Below, one piece after another: positions 43,600 through 58,300 of a DNA stretch of 64,000 nucleotides. The notes under the pieces are model-generated. The model was not told the DNA's origin and made no database searches. It saw only the letters and a list, made by a program, of their open reading frames with translations. How positions within the stretch are numbered: position 1 is the stretch's first letter; every line of letters begins with the position of its first letter. The stretch is from NCBI RefSeq assembly GCF_009914755.1, contig NC_060939.1; one strand, 5' to 3'. The translations under genes were made by a program, and so were the position numbers. Source of the DNA: the human T2T-CHM13v2.0 reference genome, Homo sapiens.

Positions 43600-43830
43600 C
43601 AGAGGCAGCATTGCATTCTGGCTAATGGGCTGAGCCCTAGAGTCAGATGGTAACCCTATGCCACTGAGTGGAGCGCACCAGCTATGTGAGCTTGGGCATA
43701 TGGTTTAATGGTGCCTTAACCCATAAAATAGGGACAATGTATAGTAGCATCTATTATTAAGATGTCTACCTGTATTTAAAGAACTTCAGATTGCGCCTGT
43801 AGTTTGGTGCTCAACAAATCCTAGTACATA
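43600..43830 (+). mobile_element. MIR
   Basis: 'ccctagagtcagat...ccagctatgtgagcttgggcatatggtttaa...cataaaatagggacaat...gtgctcaacaaat'. Confidence 0.65.
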
Positions 43831-43913
43831 TTAGTAATTGCACCTTAAGTTCATACTGGTTTAATTCTTTTAAAGCCACGTTCACACATTTCTTTACACA
43901 GGCTTTTATGTCA

Positions 43914-44590
<677 letters not shown>

Positions 44591-44754
44591 TTAATTAACA
44601 AATCTTGATTTGAATTGAAATCTGCTTCAGGTTTGTCTGTATGTAAAGCTAAACGCTGTACTGGCTGTTTACATGCACACTTTTTTCAGGTTTATTTTTT
44701 GTTAACCTAGAAAATCAACCAAAGATTGTATCCTCAAATTGTCTCTAAACCATT

Positions 44755-45260
44755 GTTATACACATTGCTAATTACACAAGCAACATCCAACATTCACTTC
44801 CTCTCCTGATCACTTTTTCCAGTATTATGCCCACAGTAAATAGGCCATTGACAAGTTAACCTGACTCTATCACAACAATCTTGGTAATTTCTTTAATGTC
44901 ACTTGCAGCTAGAGGTGGGCACGTATTAATACACAAGGGAAAACTCTGTTACAGTACTCCTGGGAAAGATTTTGCCCACTGATAAAAGAAAAAGAAGCTC
45001 TTTTTATGTGGCCCTCACATTCTGCCTTGAATGCATTTGGAAAAGGCTAAGCTGCCTGGATCTGTGGCAGCCACACTGCAAGCAAGAGGCAATACTGAGA
45101 AAGGTGGAACAAAGTATTGGAAAGTCCTTAAAAACATCACAGAGCCGCTGCACTACCAGTAGAACCATTTCTCTAGACTCTCTGGATGGAAAGATTATTA
45201 AGTATCTTTATTGTTCGAGCCACCGTTAACCAGATATTCTGTCACTTTCAGCTGGTATGA
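44755..45260 (+). mobile_element. Old MaLR LTR (MLT1K/L-like)
   Basis: 'cttgcagctagaggtgggcacgt', 'ctgggaaagatttt', 'gtggcagccacactgc', 'ttattgttcgagccaccgtta...tattctgtcacttt cagctg'. Confidence 0.7.
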
Positions 45261-45559
45261 CTATACATCTCTAAGACTCCTGTTTGCTTAATCTAGCTCT
45301 CTGACTTCTTATTCCTGCTGGCTAGATGATGCCACAAATATAGATCTAGACATAGATACGGATATGGGTACAAATATAGATATAGGTATACATATCTGCT
45401 GTGTATATATTTGCACAGGGATTCTACACAACCAGCAAAAGGAAATAAGAGGAATTAAAATATAGGAGGATGTTTCCAGAGTCGGGTGAGAGATTACATT
45501 TACATAAATATTCCTTCAGCTTCCTAGGTGAGTAAGAATCATATTAATAATAATAAAAA

Positions 45560-45715
45560 TGAAACCTACCGGTTATTGCACTTTCTCTCTTGCCATACTT
45601 GTTACTAAGCATTATCTGCATTATTTCACATAACCCTCAAATTAGTCCTCAGAGGTAGACATTTTTATCTCCATTTTACAGATGAAAACCCTGAGCTTTA
45701 CAAAATCAAAGCTGT
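45560..45715 (-). mobile_element. MIR
   Basis: 'cattatttcacataaccctca...gaggtagacatttttatctccattttacagatgaaaaccctgag'. Confidence 0.75.
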
Positions 45716-46389
45716 CCAACTTATCCTACTAAATTCATATATACTATTTCACCCTCTAACCTTCTTCATGTTAGCCTCACGAATCCTTTCCCATCCTGCA
45801 GGTCTGAACTGAAACCTCACTGTCTTGGAAAAGCCTTTCATGACCCCAGGCTAGATTGGATTATTGGAGATAAACACACTGTTAGCATCGTGTACATCTT
45901 CCTCACTGTCTTTCACACATTTGCAATCATTTAATTGCCTGTAGTTATTACCTTCTTTTCCCCCTCCGTATGTTTCTTGGGAGGAGTGTCCATGTCTATC
46001 CTGTTCGTCATCGTAGACGCGGGGTTTGGCCCTCTGCTGAACTTATAAAACAAGTCGTTCACAATGTTTTTGTGTCTTTGGTACTGTTTAGAATTTTAGA
46101 ACTTTTCACAGCACTTAAAAAGGAAAATAAAAGATTCAAAGACTCTTGAGAATGTCTGATCACATCCATAAAGCATTCTGCGTCATCCCTGTAGTTGCTT
46201 GTGTAACCTTCCATCTGTGTACTTAGCTGCTCCAGGAAGCTTCCATTGCTCCATTTACGGATTCACCAAGCAAAGTTCCACTTTCAGCCTGACACATTAG
46301 TCCAAAGGTGGAGTAATTGTGCCCAGCACACCTTGCACCACATGAGCCATTCAGCTCAGTACTACACCCTGTAGGGATCACTGTAACAG

Positions 46390-46908
46390 TATTGCGATTA
46401 AGGCTGCTAATTGTCATCCAGTCACTAGTCTTCCATTTTTCTTTTTAATAACAGAGCCCTGCCCCCGAGCCCCTGAGCTTTAGCTAGCAAGTAGCCATCC
46501 AACTGAAAGCTGCATTTCTCAGACTTACTTGCATCTTGTTTTGTCCATGTGCACCTTCTTGCCAATGCAATGGAAGCAAAATGTGATGTGTGTAATTCCC
46601 TCTTTACTTCCTTGCTCTCCATGACTTTGATTTCCTCCTTCCTGTGGAACATGTGTAACACAGGCATGAATCTTGTGGGCCAAGTTTGGCCATGTATCCA
46701 AGAAAGCTCAACTTTAGGGAATTGCTGAGTTGCAAGAGTTCACTGCAGAAGCAGCTAGGGTTCTACAACCACTTGTAGCAGAGTCGACTACTGCCCCAGG
46801 CCTCCCACACACTTTGGACTATTCTATGACTGATACTAACTTGTATCTCGTCATTATGTTTTTGTTTTCTTTTTCTTAGCAAAGCTTAGACCAAACACCA
46901 ACAAATAC
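46390..46908 (+). mobile_element. Old MaLR LTR (MLT1J/I-like)
   Basis: 'ctgcatttctcagacttacttgca...ccatgtg...gccaatgcaatggaagcaaaatgtgatgtgtgtaattcc' and terminal 'aaatac'. Confidence 0.65.
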
Positions 46909-48792
46909 GGATATGTATATGCGGTTATAAAGAAGAGAAAGTTTACAAATCAAAAAAACCTGATGGTACTTCCTGAGAGTTTACAGTGTATCAGTGTGCC
47001 ATATGTCATGGCCCAGGGGTCTAGAGCCAGTACTTTGCATTACCTAATATGGTAGAATATGTTGATCTTATCAGCTATCCTTTGGAACTATAACCTTCAA
47101 GTGACATGCGCACAGCTACTCCTAACCCTCCAAGTTAGCTGGATGAGAAAGCAACACACTTGAGCAAAGAGAGAGTTGAGGCACCCCCTCTAGCATTGGG
47201 CTGTCTAAACGCTGGTGAGAATGGGTTGATTTGACTGTCAATTCTGCAGTGATGTTCATTTTGTCCTGTGTCTGGATTTTCTGATAGATTCTGCCAACTC
47301 CTGGGGAAAGGTGGCAGCACTCACTGAAAAAATTGTAAAATAAATCTGTTGTAAAGTAACAAAGAGACAAGGTCCCTGATTGTTCTACCTATTAGTAAGG
47401 TTGTATTTTGCTTGGTATTTTTCTCTGCCAAAATGGTGATGGCCACATGGGTGACCAACTGCATGAAGATGACAGTAATGATGGAGATGATCTCAGGAGA
47501 CCGTGACTAGCCTTAGATTCAACCATGTCCTCAGCAGAGACCAGGAGCAAATAGACAGAAAATGGGAGAGCAAAGTAGATAATACAGAGAACAATTGTGG
47601 CCTCTGGAAATGAAACAGGGAAGAACAGAACTAACCTGTAATGGACAAAGGATTCCAATCATTATGGTTAAGGATTCTGAACTTGGCTAGGCCTCTGCCT
47701 GAATCAGGGAAGTGCTTGAATTAGGGTTGAGAAGCCCAGCCCGGTTGCTTATGAGAGTCTTTCATTGACATTTTTATTGTTATCCTCACCCATTTGATTA
47801 TATTTCATGCAGAATGGTATGAGCTGAGAAACCTGGACCACATTTCTAAAATATAAATATCTACATGCAAAGCAAGTCTTCTTTATTTATCATAGAGATC
47901 TGCCTGGGAATCAAAATAAACAGTTATATAGTTTGCAGTGGGGCTAGGCTCAAGACTGTCCCCCTCCAGCAACGAAGAAAAACACTCTGGGGTCAGGCCA
48001 AACTCCTCTGGGGATCTTTTTCAGAGAATAACTAACTAGACAGACATACTTTCGTCTCAAAGTGTATTTCAGAATTACATGATGGTCCAAGTCAATTTTT
48101 AGGGATCTCAAGTTGATATAAATATACTGTTGTTTGTGTTCTCAACCTAGCGTATGCAGAACATCAAGAGCTGGCTGTTTACCAAAGAAATAATTCAAAT
48201 TGATGGACAAAAAATTGGGAAAAGTGTCTCAGAATATGCAAAGCTATTAACCAAATCTGAGTGTGAAGCAAATAAAAGTCAATAAGTCTAAGGAATTTGA
48301 ACAGATAGGAACAGCTAGTCACAACATTCTTTCAAAAGGCAAATCGAGTGAGGAACACACATACAATAGTTATTTTTAAAGTATGGAAAACAATGTTGTG
48401 CCCATTTGTGTTCCCTTACTTGTGGTTTTATGTATATGTTATCTTTATGTAAGTATCTCGTAAGCTCTTTGGAGACATAGACATGACTTATGCATCTTTC
48501 ACAGTTCATGGCCACCAGTAAGTGAAGCAGCACTCAGAAGTGAGATGGACACTTAGAGGAATGTGTGGGGCATAAATGTGTATATGAGTTACACAAGAGA
48601 GTGAAATAAGGCTGAAGGGTGAGGGATGGTGGTCAATCATGAGAGACTCAAAGCATCTTTTTATATAATTTTCTCAGGTTGTAGTCCGAGGATAGAAGGT
48701 TTGGCATGTCAGAATGCTGAATGCATTGTTGTTTGTGTTCACTGTTCCTTAAATACTTGCCAATGGAGGTGTTTAATAATGATACAGGTAGC

Positions 48793-49173
<381 letters not shown>

Positions 49174-49229
49174 TTAGGGGCTCAATAACTAGTAATAAAG
49201 ATAATCTACAGACTTGGAATACAGTGGGT

Positions 49230-49400
49230 CTATCATCTGCCAGAGAACATTTACACATTGTTCACAAGTTATCTCTGTTAGTCTTCACAATTATTAACCC
49301 CTGTCACAGATGAAGAAACTAACACACAGAGACTTGCCAAGGTCACATGGATCATTAAGGGTGGGGCTGGAATTCAAACCATGTCCAGTTCCAGAGTGTG
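49230..49400 (-). mobile_element. MIR
   Basis: 'acagatgaagaaactaacacacagagacttgccaaggtcaca...ggggctggaattcaaacc'. Confidence 0.7.
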
Positions 49401-50077
49401 GAACAGAATTCTATGTACAGCAGCATCTGCCTAGACTCTTTCAGCAGTCTTCTGAAACGTTAGCAGGCTTCAAACACAAACGATGAATAAATAATTTAGA
49501 TTTAACAAAAGGCTAACATTCCAGTAACATTCAACAACACTACAAAGTTCATTTATTTAAAAAAAATTTAAAAATCTTATTTTCTCATCTGAAAACAGAA
49601 GCTCATGCCACCTTTTAAAATTTATCATGAGATGACTATAAATTTTGATTTCACATATGGTGAAATGTTGAATCTTTGAAAGAAATCCAGAAGCTTAGAC
49701 TAACTTCCACGGTTTATAACAGTGACAGGGAAGTTGAACTGTGGTTTAGTCATCCAGGTGATCTTAACTCGAAGGTGTAAAGAAAACACATCATTCAAAC
49801 TCACAATGCATGAATTAACATCTCTCTGTCACCAACCTCTTTTTTCCTTATTCATTGGGTCAAGGGCACCATGGCCTCTCCTTTCTTCTCAGGGGAACAA
49901 TGAAAAATACTTTTTTTGAAACATGGCTCCTAAGCTGCTAGTACCTGTATTTTGTCTCAATCAAAATGCGTTTGTTCAAAAAACAAATTTCTGTTTGTTC
50001 AGAAAATATTTCTTTAAGAAGTTGAGAATAATTTTGGTGTTCACCAGTTAAGAATATAAACTTGGTCAGGAGAAAAC

Positions 50078-50168
50078 TGACCATGTAATTTATGGTCCAA
50101 ACCTAGATTCTTTTGAGAATGAAAGGGGATGCTAATAAGAATGACACTGTCACAACAGGCATAAACCT
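50078..50168 (+). mobile_element. MER94 (hAT-Blackjack) fragment
   Basis: 'tgaccatgtaatttatggtccaaacc...cttttgagaatgaaagggg...acaacaggcataaacc'. Confidence 0.7.
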
Positions 50169-50179
50169 GTTGCAGGAAA

Positions 50180-50600
50180 GGGAAAGCTATAAGTCTTATG
50201 GGCCAAATTAGGAATTATTATCTTTATCTTCAGAACAATTGAAAGCCACTAAAATTTTTAAGTAAAGTAAAATAATCAAACACGTGTTTGAAAATATAGA
50301 ACACAGACATCCCTAATGTGTGGAGAAGAGATATGAGAGGCCAAGAGTAACTACAGATTAAAACAGGTAGGCCATAAGATATGATGATAGCCAAGACTAC
50401 AGGGGATAATGGAAATGGGTGAAAGAGTTAAGATCTGAGGGATCCATTGAGAATATCAATCCAGTGAACACAGAGATGTTTGGATGGGGCTCATGGATGA
50501 GGAGGAGAGATGATTCAAGGACCACTTTTTTATGATTTACCTAATTAGGTTGGATAATAATGCCATTCATTGAGTGCCAAGTGTTCAAGAGTGACAGAGG
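50180..50600 (-). mobile_element. L2 fragment
   Basis: 'aagccactaaaatttttaag', 'gatgatagcc', 'tcaaggacc', 'aatgccattcattgag' in typical reverse L2 order. Confidence 0.6.
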
Positions 50601-50629
50601 GCTAAGATGGTGGGTGGGAATCTGCAAGA

Positions 50630-50960
50630 TTGGCTCCTTCACTTTCTTCAGTTCTTTATGCAAATAGCACCTTCTTAGGAAGCTTCTCCCAAGCACCCTT
50701 TGAAAATATTACCACTTCCTGCACCCTTTCTCACCCCCTTCCAATACCCCCTACCCACATTCCCTATCATCTTGCTGTGTATACATACATAGATATTTAC
50801 TTAAAAGTTATCTTTCTTATACTCCTCACTAGAATATAAATTCCGTTAGGAAGAGTTTTATTGTCATTCCTATCGGAATCCAAGATTCTTTGAACTGCAC
50901 CTCTACCTATAGTAGGAGCCTGGTAAATATTTATTAAAATGAAAAAAATGTGGAGTGAAT
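50630..50960 (+). mobile_element. L2 3' end
   Basis: 'ggctccttcactttcttcag...caaatagcaccttctt...cactagaatataaattcc...atagtagg...taaatatttattaaaatgaa'. Confidence 0.7.
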
Positions 50961-53900
50961 CAATAATCAACTAAAATACACCCTATTACCATGTCAGACA
51001 TTTCAAGAATTTGTGTAACACAGCTTTATGTTACAAAAAAAAACAAAAAAAAAAACTGTTTAGTATTTCCAGATTGTGGGTTGGGCAGGGGACGGTGTTA
51101 TAAATCAAACTTTCTCTGAGGGACCAGTTTCATGCTACCCGTGCAGTATGGCTAAGAACAGAAGTTGGATTCTCTTGGCCACTTGGTTCTCCTGGTTCTG
51201 TGCACTTTGCCTACCTGACTCATGTCTGGACATTGATCTTGTATCACCACCCCTGTCCTGTGCTAGGTCTCTAGTGACCACCATCCACAAATGTAATTTG
51301 GATGTGCAGCACACAGTAGACATCCTCTAGAGACATACCTTAACCCAACAGGAGCAGAAGGAGGGAAAAGAGAGAGAGAGAACACAGGAACCATGGCTAC
51401 TGAAGAGTTCGAGATTGAAAGAGGGAAGAGAGGATGACAACCAAAAGAGTGAAAGCAACTCTGTCTCCTGGATTTTCCTCCAGGGAGTGTTACATACCCC
51501 TGTGGTCTCTGTGAGTCTCTATAAAACCCAACAAGAGTCTCCCCTGGGTAGGTTTTCTCCATGTGACTTCCTCTCTAGGTATTTTTAGCTACTCCACTTC
51601 TTTGGCAGAAATATTTTAAAAATTGGGACACCAGAGTTCAATCTGCTTATTCATTTATTTATAATTTCAGAAGTATTTATGTAGCCCATACCATATAGTA
51701 CCGGTATGATTGGCGTGGTGGATTCACCAGTGAAAAAGCTGGATGTGATGCTGTGGCCTTAGAATTTATAGAGGTTTACAAATGACCCATAAGGAAGATG
51801 CCATCCTTTTGGGCAAGACCCAAATACTCCTTGCCTGATTGTCCCTTCACAGCCTGGCCTCCTGACTTTAAAGCAAAGAAGAAAGTTTCCCCCATTCCTC
51901 CCTGCTTTTTCAGGGACACCTTTTCCTCTCTGTCTAGACAAAGCATCTGCCCATTAAGAATACGGATGTTTCACACATACCCAAATTATTCGGGACAGTG
52001 GCCAAGCCAGAACATCATTTGTGAACTTGCTTGAAAGGGCATAAACCCTTTTAAGCTGCTTAGGATATTATCTCTTTCTCTTAAGTGGTAACCAGGTGAC
52101 CTGAAAAGGCACATTGAGCTTCCAAAAGGTGCTTAACAAAGAATGAGGAAAGTACTTTGGCCCTTAGAAACTCTGGATCATTAAATAATACTTGCCTTAA
52201 ATGCATCAATAAAACATTGTACATTAAGGTTTGGCAATCAGAGGGCTGAGCCCAAAGACGGCTTCTTAAATTCCTTTTAAAGGAATTGGAACAGAGATTT
52301 ACTTTGCTCATCTTCCTATCACAGGGGGTGATCTCCCCGAAGACTTTATTAGCAGCGCACTTCTGCCAAAAGTGCTCACTGCCCTTGCTCTCCTCCCTGA
52401 GAACCAATGTCCCGTGAGAAAGCACGTTCCCACTGCTCCGCTGTGGGAAACACCAGGAGAAGGACTTTTCCCAAATCTGTGCGAATTGAGCAACTGGAAG
52501 CGACACTCACAAGCTTCCTTGTTTATGTTATTCTCTGTAAAAACACTGAAAACCCAAAACAAGTCGGAAGCGTGTTGGCACTGAATTATGTCAGCGCAAA
52601 CATTCAATTCAAAAGAATGGCTGGATTTATTTTAATAGCTGAGAAACCTGGAGGCATGTGCAGTCTATTCTGCCTGTCAATTTATGATCTTTAAACACAT
52701 TTTTTTAATTGACTGGTCCTTAAATACATCCCACCTCATCTTGTTCGAGCCAAGTTTTACAGATGCCATGTTAAAAATCAATTCAAAGAGCAGCCATAAA
52801 CTCAAATGCTTCCTCCTTGAAATGTATATGGCAGAATGCAATTTTGTTTAATTTTAATTGACAGAGATGTCAGCTTAAGAGAATATTTTAGAATATTAGT
52901 AGGAACAGTAAACTTGTGCCTTGACACTTTTATGGTATAATGGTATAATTCCCTGAAAAAAAAATCACCACTGTCAGGATTTACACTAAAGCAATACATG
53001 GGTTACTCCCCTCCCCCCTGCCCTCCCTCCTGCCCCCCACCACTCAGTAAAGGAGTGACAAATGTATTACTAATTACACAATTGCTTTATTATGTGGAGC
53101 TGTAACTAAAATCTTTTCTGGATTTTCCAGCAAAATTGAGCTTCTTCCGAAACAATTAATTCTAGCAAATGGACTTGGGTAGAAAAAATTGATTCCAGCT
53201 GAAAGAAAGACTAGCTCCTTCCTCCCCTTAGTTGGAGAGTCAGGTGTGGGTGACACAGACACTACTTAGGACGGACTTCCAAGACTGACCACATACAGAA
53301 TTTTTTCAAGGTAGAAGATTTTCAACTAGAGATGTGAGAAGCCAAACAATGATTTCTTTTAACTTTAGATAGACACATAGACAAGAATTCTTGGCTGTAA
53401 GTCCCAAAATGTTAGAAACTAGGATTAATTGGGGCTTTTAAAGCTTTATCCTAGGGCACATGCCTCTTTTAGGACTTCCATAGCACCCAGAGTATATGTC
53501 AGCCTTAGAACTTAATACATTCTGTTAAAATAATGTCTTATCAATGTGTGTTACCCATTAGTGCACAATGAGATGTCTTAATTAACTTTGTATCCACAAT
53601 GTCTTGGGCAAGTCTTGGCACTCAGGAGAAGTGTACTGAACTGAAGTAGGACTCTTCATTCAGCTAATGTAAGCCAAGTGATGGCATCTCTGCTGCTTTT
53701 GGATGGAACAAAGAATGCCACTTTTTCAAAAACAGGTTCATGTAGCCCCAGGAATAACCCTTGGTCCAAAAAAAAAAAAAAAATAGCCATGCTAGAGCAT
53801 GGGATATTATCAGTCAGTCAGCATCTCATGATTTCTAAGGACTAAGAAGGTGTCTAACACAAAGCAAAATGTCATCAAACATAGCAAACATAGCAAGATA

Positions 53901-54229
53901 CTAATGCAGGACATCTTTTGGACATTGACCAAGGCAAAAGAAACTTGGAAAAATGGCATACTTTCATCTGAGACATTTAGTCTTAGTCACCCAATTGAAA
54001 TCAATTTTAGCACAATTCAGGGATTTCAAAAAACTTCACTAAGCCCCCATCATTGTTAAGAGAGTGATTACATGGGGATGCGGGTAGAGTACCTGTGTGG
54101 GGACAGATAGGTACTTATCATTGCATAGATTACACATTAATAAGATCATGTATGCAAAACTTAGTCCTATGGCTGGCTCGGAATAAACGCATAGAGTAGG
54201 AATTAAGATAATAATAAGAGCTAAATATA

Positions 54230-54547
54230 ATAGGAGGAATGTGTGCCCAGTAACTAGCAGTAGTACACATTGCTAAGTAAGAACCAAAGAGGAAAAGATT
54301 AGTTATAAGCAGATCAAAGGAAGCTTCTTAGCATTGATGTGGTTCGTCAAGGATAAAAAGAATTTAAAAAGTGGCCATAAGGGTGAAAGGATTTTTAGGT
54401 AGGAAACACTGTCTGAACCAAGGCAGGAGGAAAGAAAGCACGTGGTGGGTTTGATGTTACTAAAATTACATCACTTGATCTCTGTGTAATGGGTGATCTA
54501 GTTTAAATGGCATATTGGGGTTTCCTTATGGCAGGCTATGAATACCA
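54230..54547 (-). mobile_element. L2 fragment
   Basis: 'atcaaaggaagcttct', 'ttttaggtaggaaacac...caaaggcaggagg', 'ggcaggctatgaatacca'. Confidence 0.55.
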
Positions 54548-54835
<288 letters not shown>

Positions 54836-55189
54836 TTAAAATTTTTAAAAATTTAAGCCAAATAGCTAATAATGCATGAATCATCTTTACTTACCACTTA
54901 AAATGGCTTTTAGTGAGGTTTTGGTCCTTTTCTACCAAGAAAGACAAGGATATGTAAAAGTAACTAAGAGTAACCTAATAATCATTGTCCAAAGTTTGTA
55001 AACGTTATCTATTTAAAGCTATGTCTAGGAGTTACTGTTGGATTTCTACTTCTGTTTGTTTCCAACAGATTGGATTTATATCATTGTTTAACAAATTGTG
55101 TTCTGAGGTGCACTGGTTTAGTAAGGTATTAACTGGTATTTTCCTCCAGAGAGTTCTGTGGCCCTATAGGTTATAAAGACAGTATGAAG

Positions 55190-55392
55190 GCCATCTTTCT
55201 CTAGGAGATTCATGGTGCACATTTGCAGATAAAACTCTCAACATCCTGCCATTGAAAAACCAGTTTAACTGTATTTCAGCCCAAATCTCACAAACTTTTT
55301 AATCATGAAAACTAACTCTGTGTGTGTGGACTAACCATTGACATCTCACTGACACAGTGTTGGGGAAACAGGTAACACATTTTGGGAAATTT
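55190..55392. mobile_element. hAT-Charlie fossil (Charlie4z/MER103-like)
   Basis: 'ggagattcatggtgcacatttgca...ccagtttaact...aacacattttgggaaat'. Confidence 0.55.
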
Positions 55393-58300
55393 CCAGATCA
55401 ATTCCTGAGCTGTCACAATTGTAACTCTAGGTTGAACCAATCGACTTTGAACTCCCTGGAAAGCCTCATAGAACAAGATACTTCTGAGTCTTTGCTGATC
55501 ATTTTATCCTTGAAGTGTACTGAAACAGATTGCTCCCACACAAATTACATTTAAAATAATTCTAGAATATTACTACTGAATCTACCCAACCTTATCATCT
55601 AAAATATTTTAATGAGTTATATAGACTTTCTCTGCCCAAGTATTTCCACGTACTAACTGGAAGAGAAATATCTTGTCATGTCCTGTTCTCAGACTTTGTC
55701 AGATAAAATCAGTAAATCTTCCAGCCTCTTCCTAATGTCTTCAGCTCAGTACTGCCTGGCTTGCTTACAGTGTTGATAATAGGATGTAAATGAATTATCA
55801 TATGGGAGTTTAATAGCAGAACTCCCCAAAGGTAAGAGTGGTGAAGGTGAAGACTGCCTTAATCACTCCGAAGTTGCATACGGAGAAAGTGAGCTTGCAG
55901 TGAAGTTAAATGTCTTGCGCAAGTCCTGCAGCTATATTCATGACAAAACACTGCACTGGAATCCATTCCAGTTTGCCTGTTGCCTCTCTTACTGTATTTT
56001 CCCAATACTGAAGATCTCCTCACTCCCAGCAAGAGGAAATTTCCATTGACTTAGAGACAGAGGCTTGAGCAAAACCATAGATGCTCCCTGTAAAAAATGT
56101 GTCCAAGAGGAATAAGGAGATCATAGCCAAGTCAAACTGTGATAAAGGCAACTTTGGAGAAGAGAGACAAGGTCTGTCTTCGCTTAACATGCCCATTGGT
56201 GAGTAGGTTTGCAGATATGCTAGTCAGGGAATGTAGCCAAACAGCCCGGTAGAGATGGACTGTACACCAAGTGACTCAATGTAGAAGTGAAAAATTCAAT
56301 GCATTTTAAAGTTTATGTCTGATTTCAGAAGACATCAATGATCTTTCTCTCTGCATTCATTCTCTAGATTCCTCATTCATCATCAGCTCATTTCCAGTTG
56401 TTTTATCCAGCAAGTGAAATGTGTTGGAGGAGGGGGGAGGGCAGGGGTGAGCTGAGGGCCAAGAAGGGGAAACCAAGGGCAGTGCAGCCAATGCTCTGTG
56501 ATCTGGGAGTGCATGAATTTTAGGTCAGCTAAATCAGGACACAAAGCTACAGCTGCGAAACCACAAAGGCCTACATATAGCTTCCCTGGCTCAATTGCTT
56601 CCCAGCCTCAAATCTGCGGAAGAGAGACTTCCATAGGGGAACCTTCTTCTTCCCCAATTAGTGCCTTTTCACAGTGGCAGGATAGAAAAGGTTTTACTCG
56701 GCAACATTACTCAGTATCAGTAATATGCAAAAGATCTGTGAAATCAATTCCCATTATTTCAAAGGACGCTGCATAGTAAAAATAATGCATAGTAAAAACA
56801 CTGTAATGAAACTACTGCTTAATCTGCTGTGATTATCTAAAACGAACAAGCAACTGTTTCATCCTTATTTTGCAGCATCTGCTCATTGGTACATAAACTG
56901 TGTGTGCTACAGCAAAGCTTCATGCAATGGCAGTTGAAACTGAATCTTGAGGTGTCATTGAGATAGAACTTTAGGGGGATTGAATATCTAGCTTAAGATC
57001 ATTAAAGTTTTTCCAATCTCACCTCTCCTGTCTCATTTGTTTTCTGAATTCTTAGGTCTCTGAACTACCTTCTTTTTTTTTTTTAACATGAACAAATAGC
57101 TTAAAAAAGCACAAACAGAAACAAGCAAAGTGGTTTTCCTTTTTTAAAGCTAGTTTGATCATCATGCAAATGGCATACTGCCCACATTCTCTCCCTCCCC
57201 CTAGTTTGCCCTTCTGCCCCTTGCTAATAACAGTCAGCCTTGTTTGGCCGCAGCTTGGCAAAACTCTCCAACAATTTTGCCGCTCTATATTTCAGCCATG
57301 ACTTTTGTCATATTTTGGAGAGAAACTTGCACCTGGCCAACCAACTTGCATGCCAAGTTCCAGCCCATTGAGATTTAAAATGGATTTGAATCGATTGCCC
57401 TATAAAATTGAGAATGTATAACAAAGACAGCAGTAAAAAGTCATGGTAGTTTCTTGCAGAGTTGAAAATAAAACAAAGGGTACTGTGATAGGTAGCATTC
57501 ACCTTGCAGTACCTTTAAAAACACAAGTAGTATTTTTTTGCCCTATGCAAAGATAAGGAAAGAAAAGGCAGCTTACAAAATGCATCAAGAGAATAGAATG
57601 CATTTTTCTCTTGACATAGCTAATGTAAAAAAAAAGAATATCCATTTTTATTATTGTTATTGCAACTTAAAATTAACTTGGTGCACAGGTATTTGCTATT
57701 GGGTGATCTATTATTGGTTACCTTTTGAGTCATACTTTTAGTGGGAAATGGAGACCTCCTTTTCTCTAGGGATTTCTGCTTCCACAAAAACTATCTTCTG
57801 ACTTCTCTTTGATGCTTTCTGCTCAGCCAGGGGGAAGATAAGTAGAGAAAGGTTATGTGTTTGTCAACTCACCAAGGAAAACTATACTGTAGAGGTAGCA
57901 GGCATCTGCAATTGCCATGTAATTGAGAGCAGACTTGCCCTCTACTACGGTATATGAAGCCCAAGAAAATGCCAAACTGCTTCTATTTCAGTCCAGCTGG
58001 AATGTGCATAGGAATGACTTCAGATCTTGTGAAAATGCAGTTTTTGAGTGAGTGGGTCTGGGCTGTCTAAGACCAGAGCATCTGCACCAAGCTCCCAGTG
58101 TGCTGCTGGTCTGCCAGGGGACAGATGCTTCTGGTCCCGGGACCACAGCTTGAATACCAAGGTTTAAGTAGACTGGGCCCCTTCCATACATACAAGTGTT
58201 ACCAATATTTTAGGATAATTTTCTGAATGTGATATAAAACTTGGTGGAAGCCTAGACAAATTGAATGTCATGGCCCTAGAACCACAGACATAATCTTATC

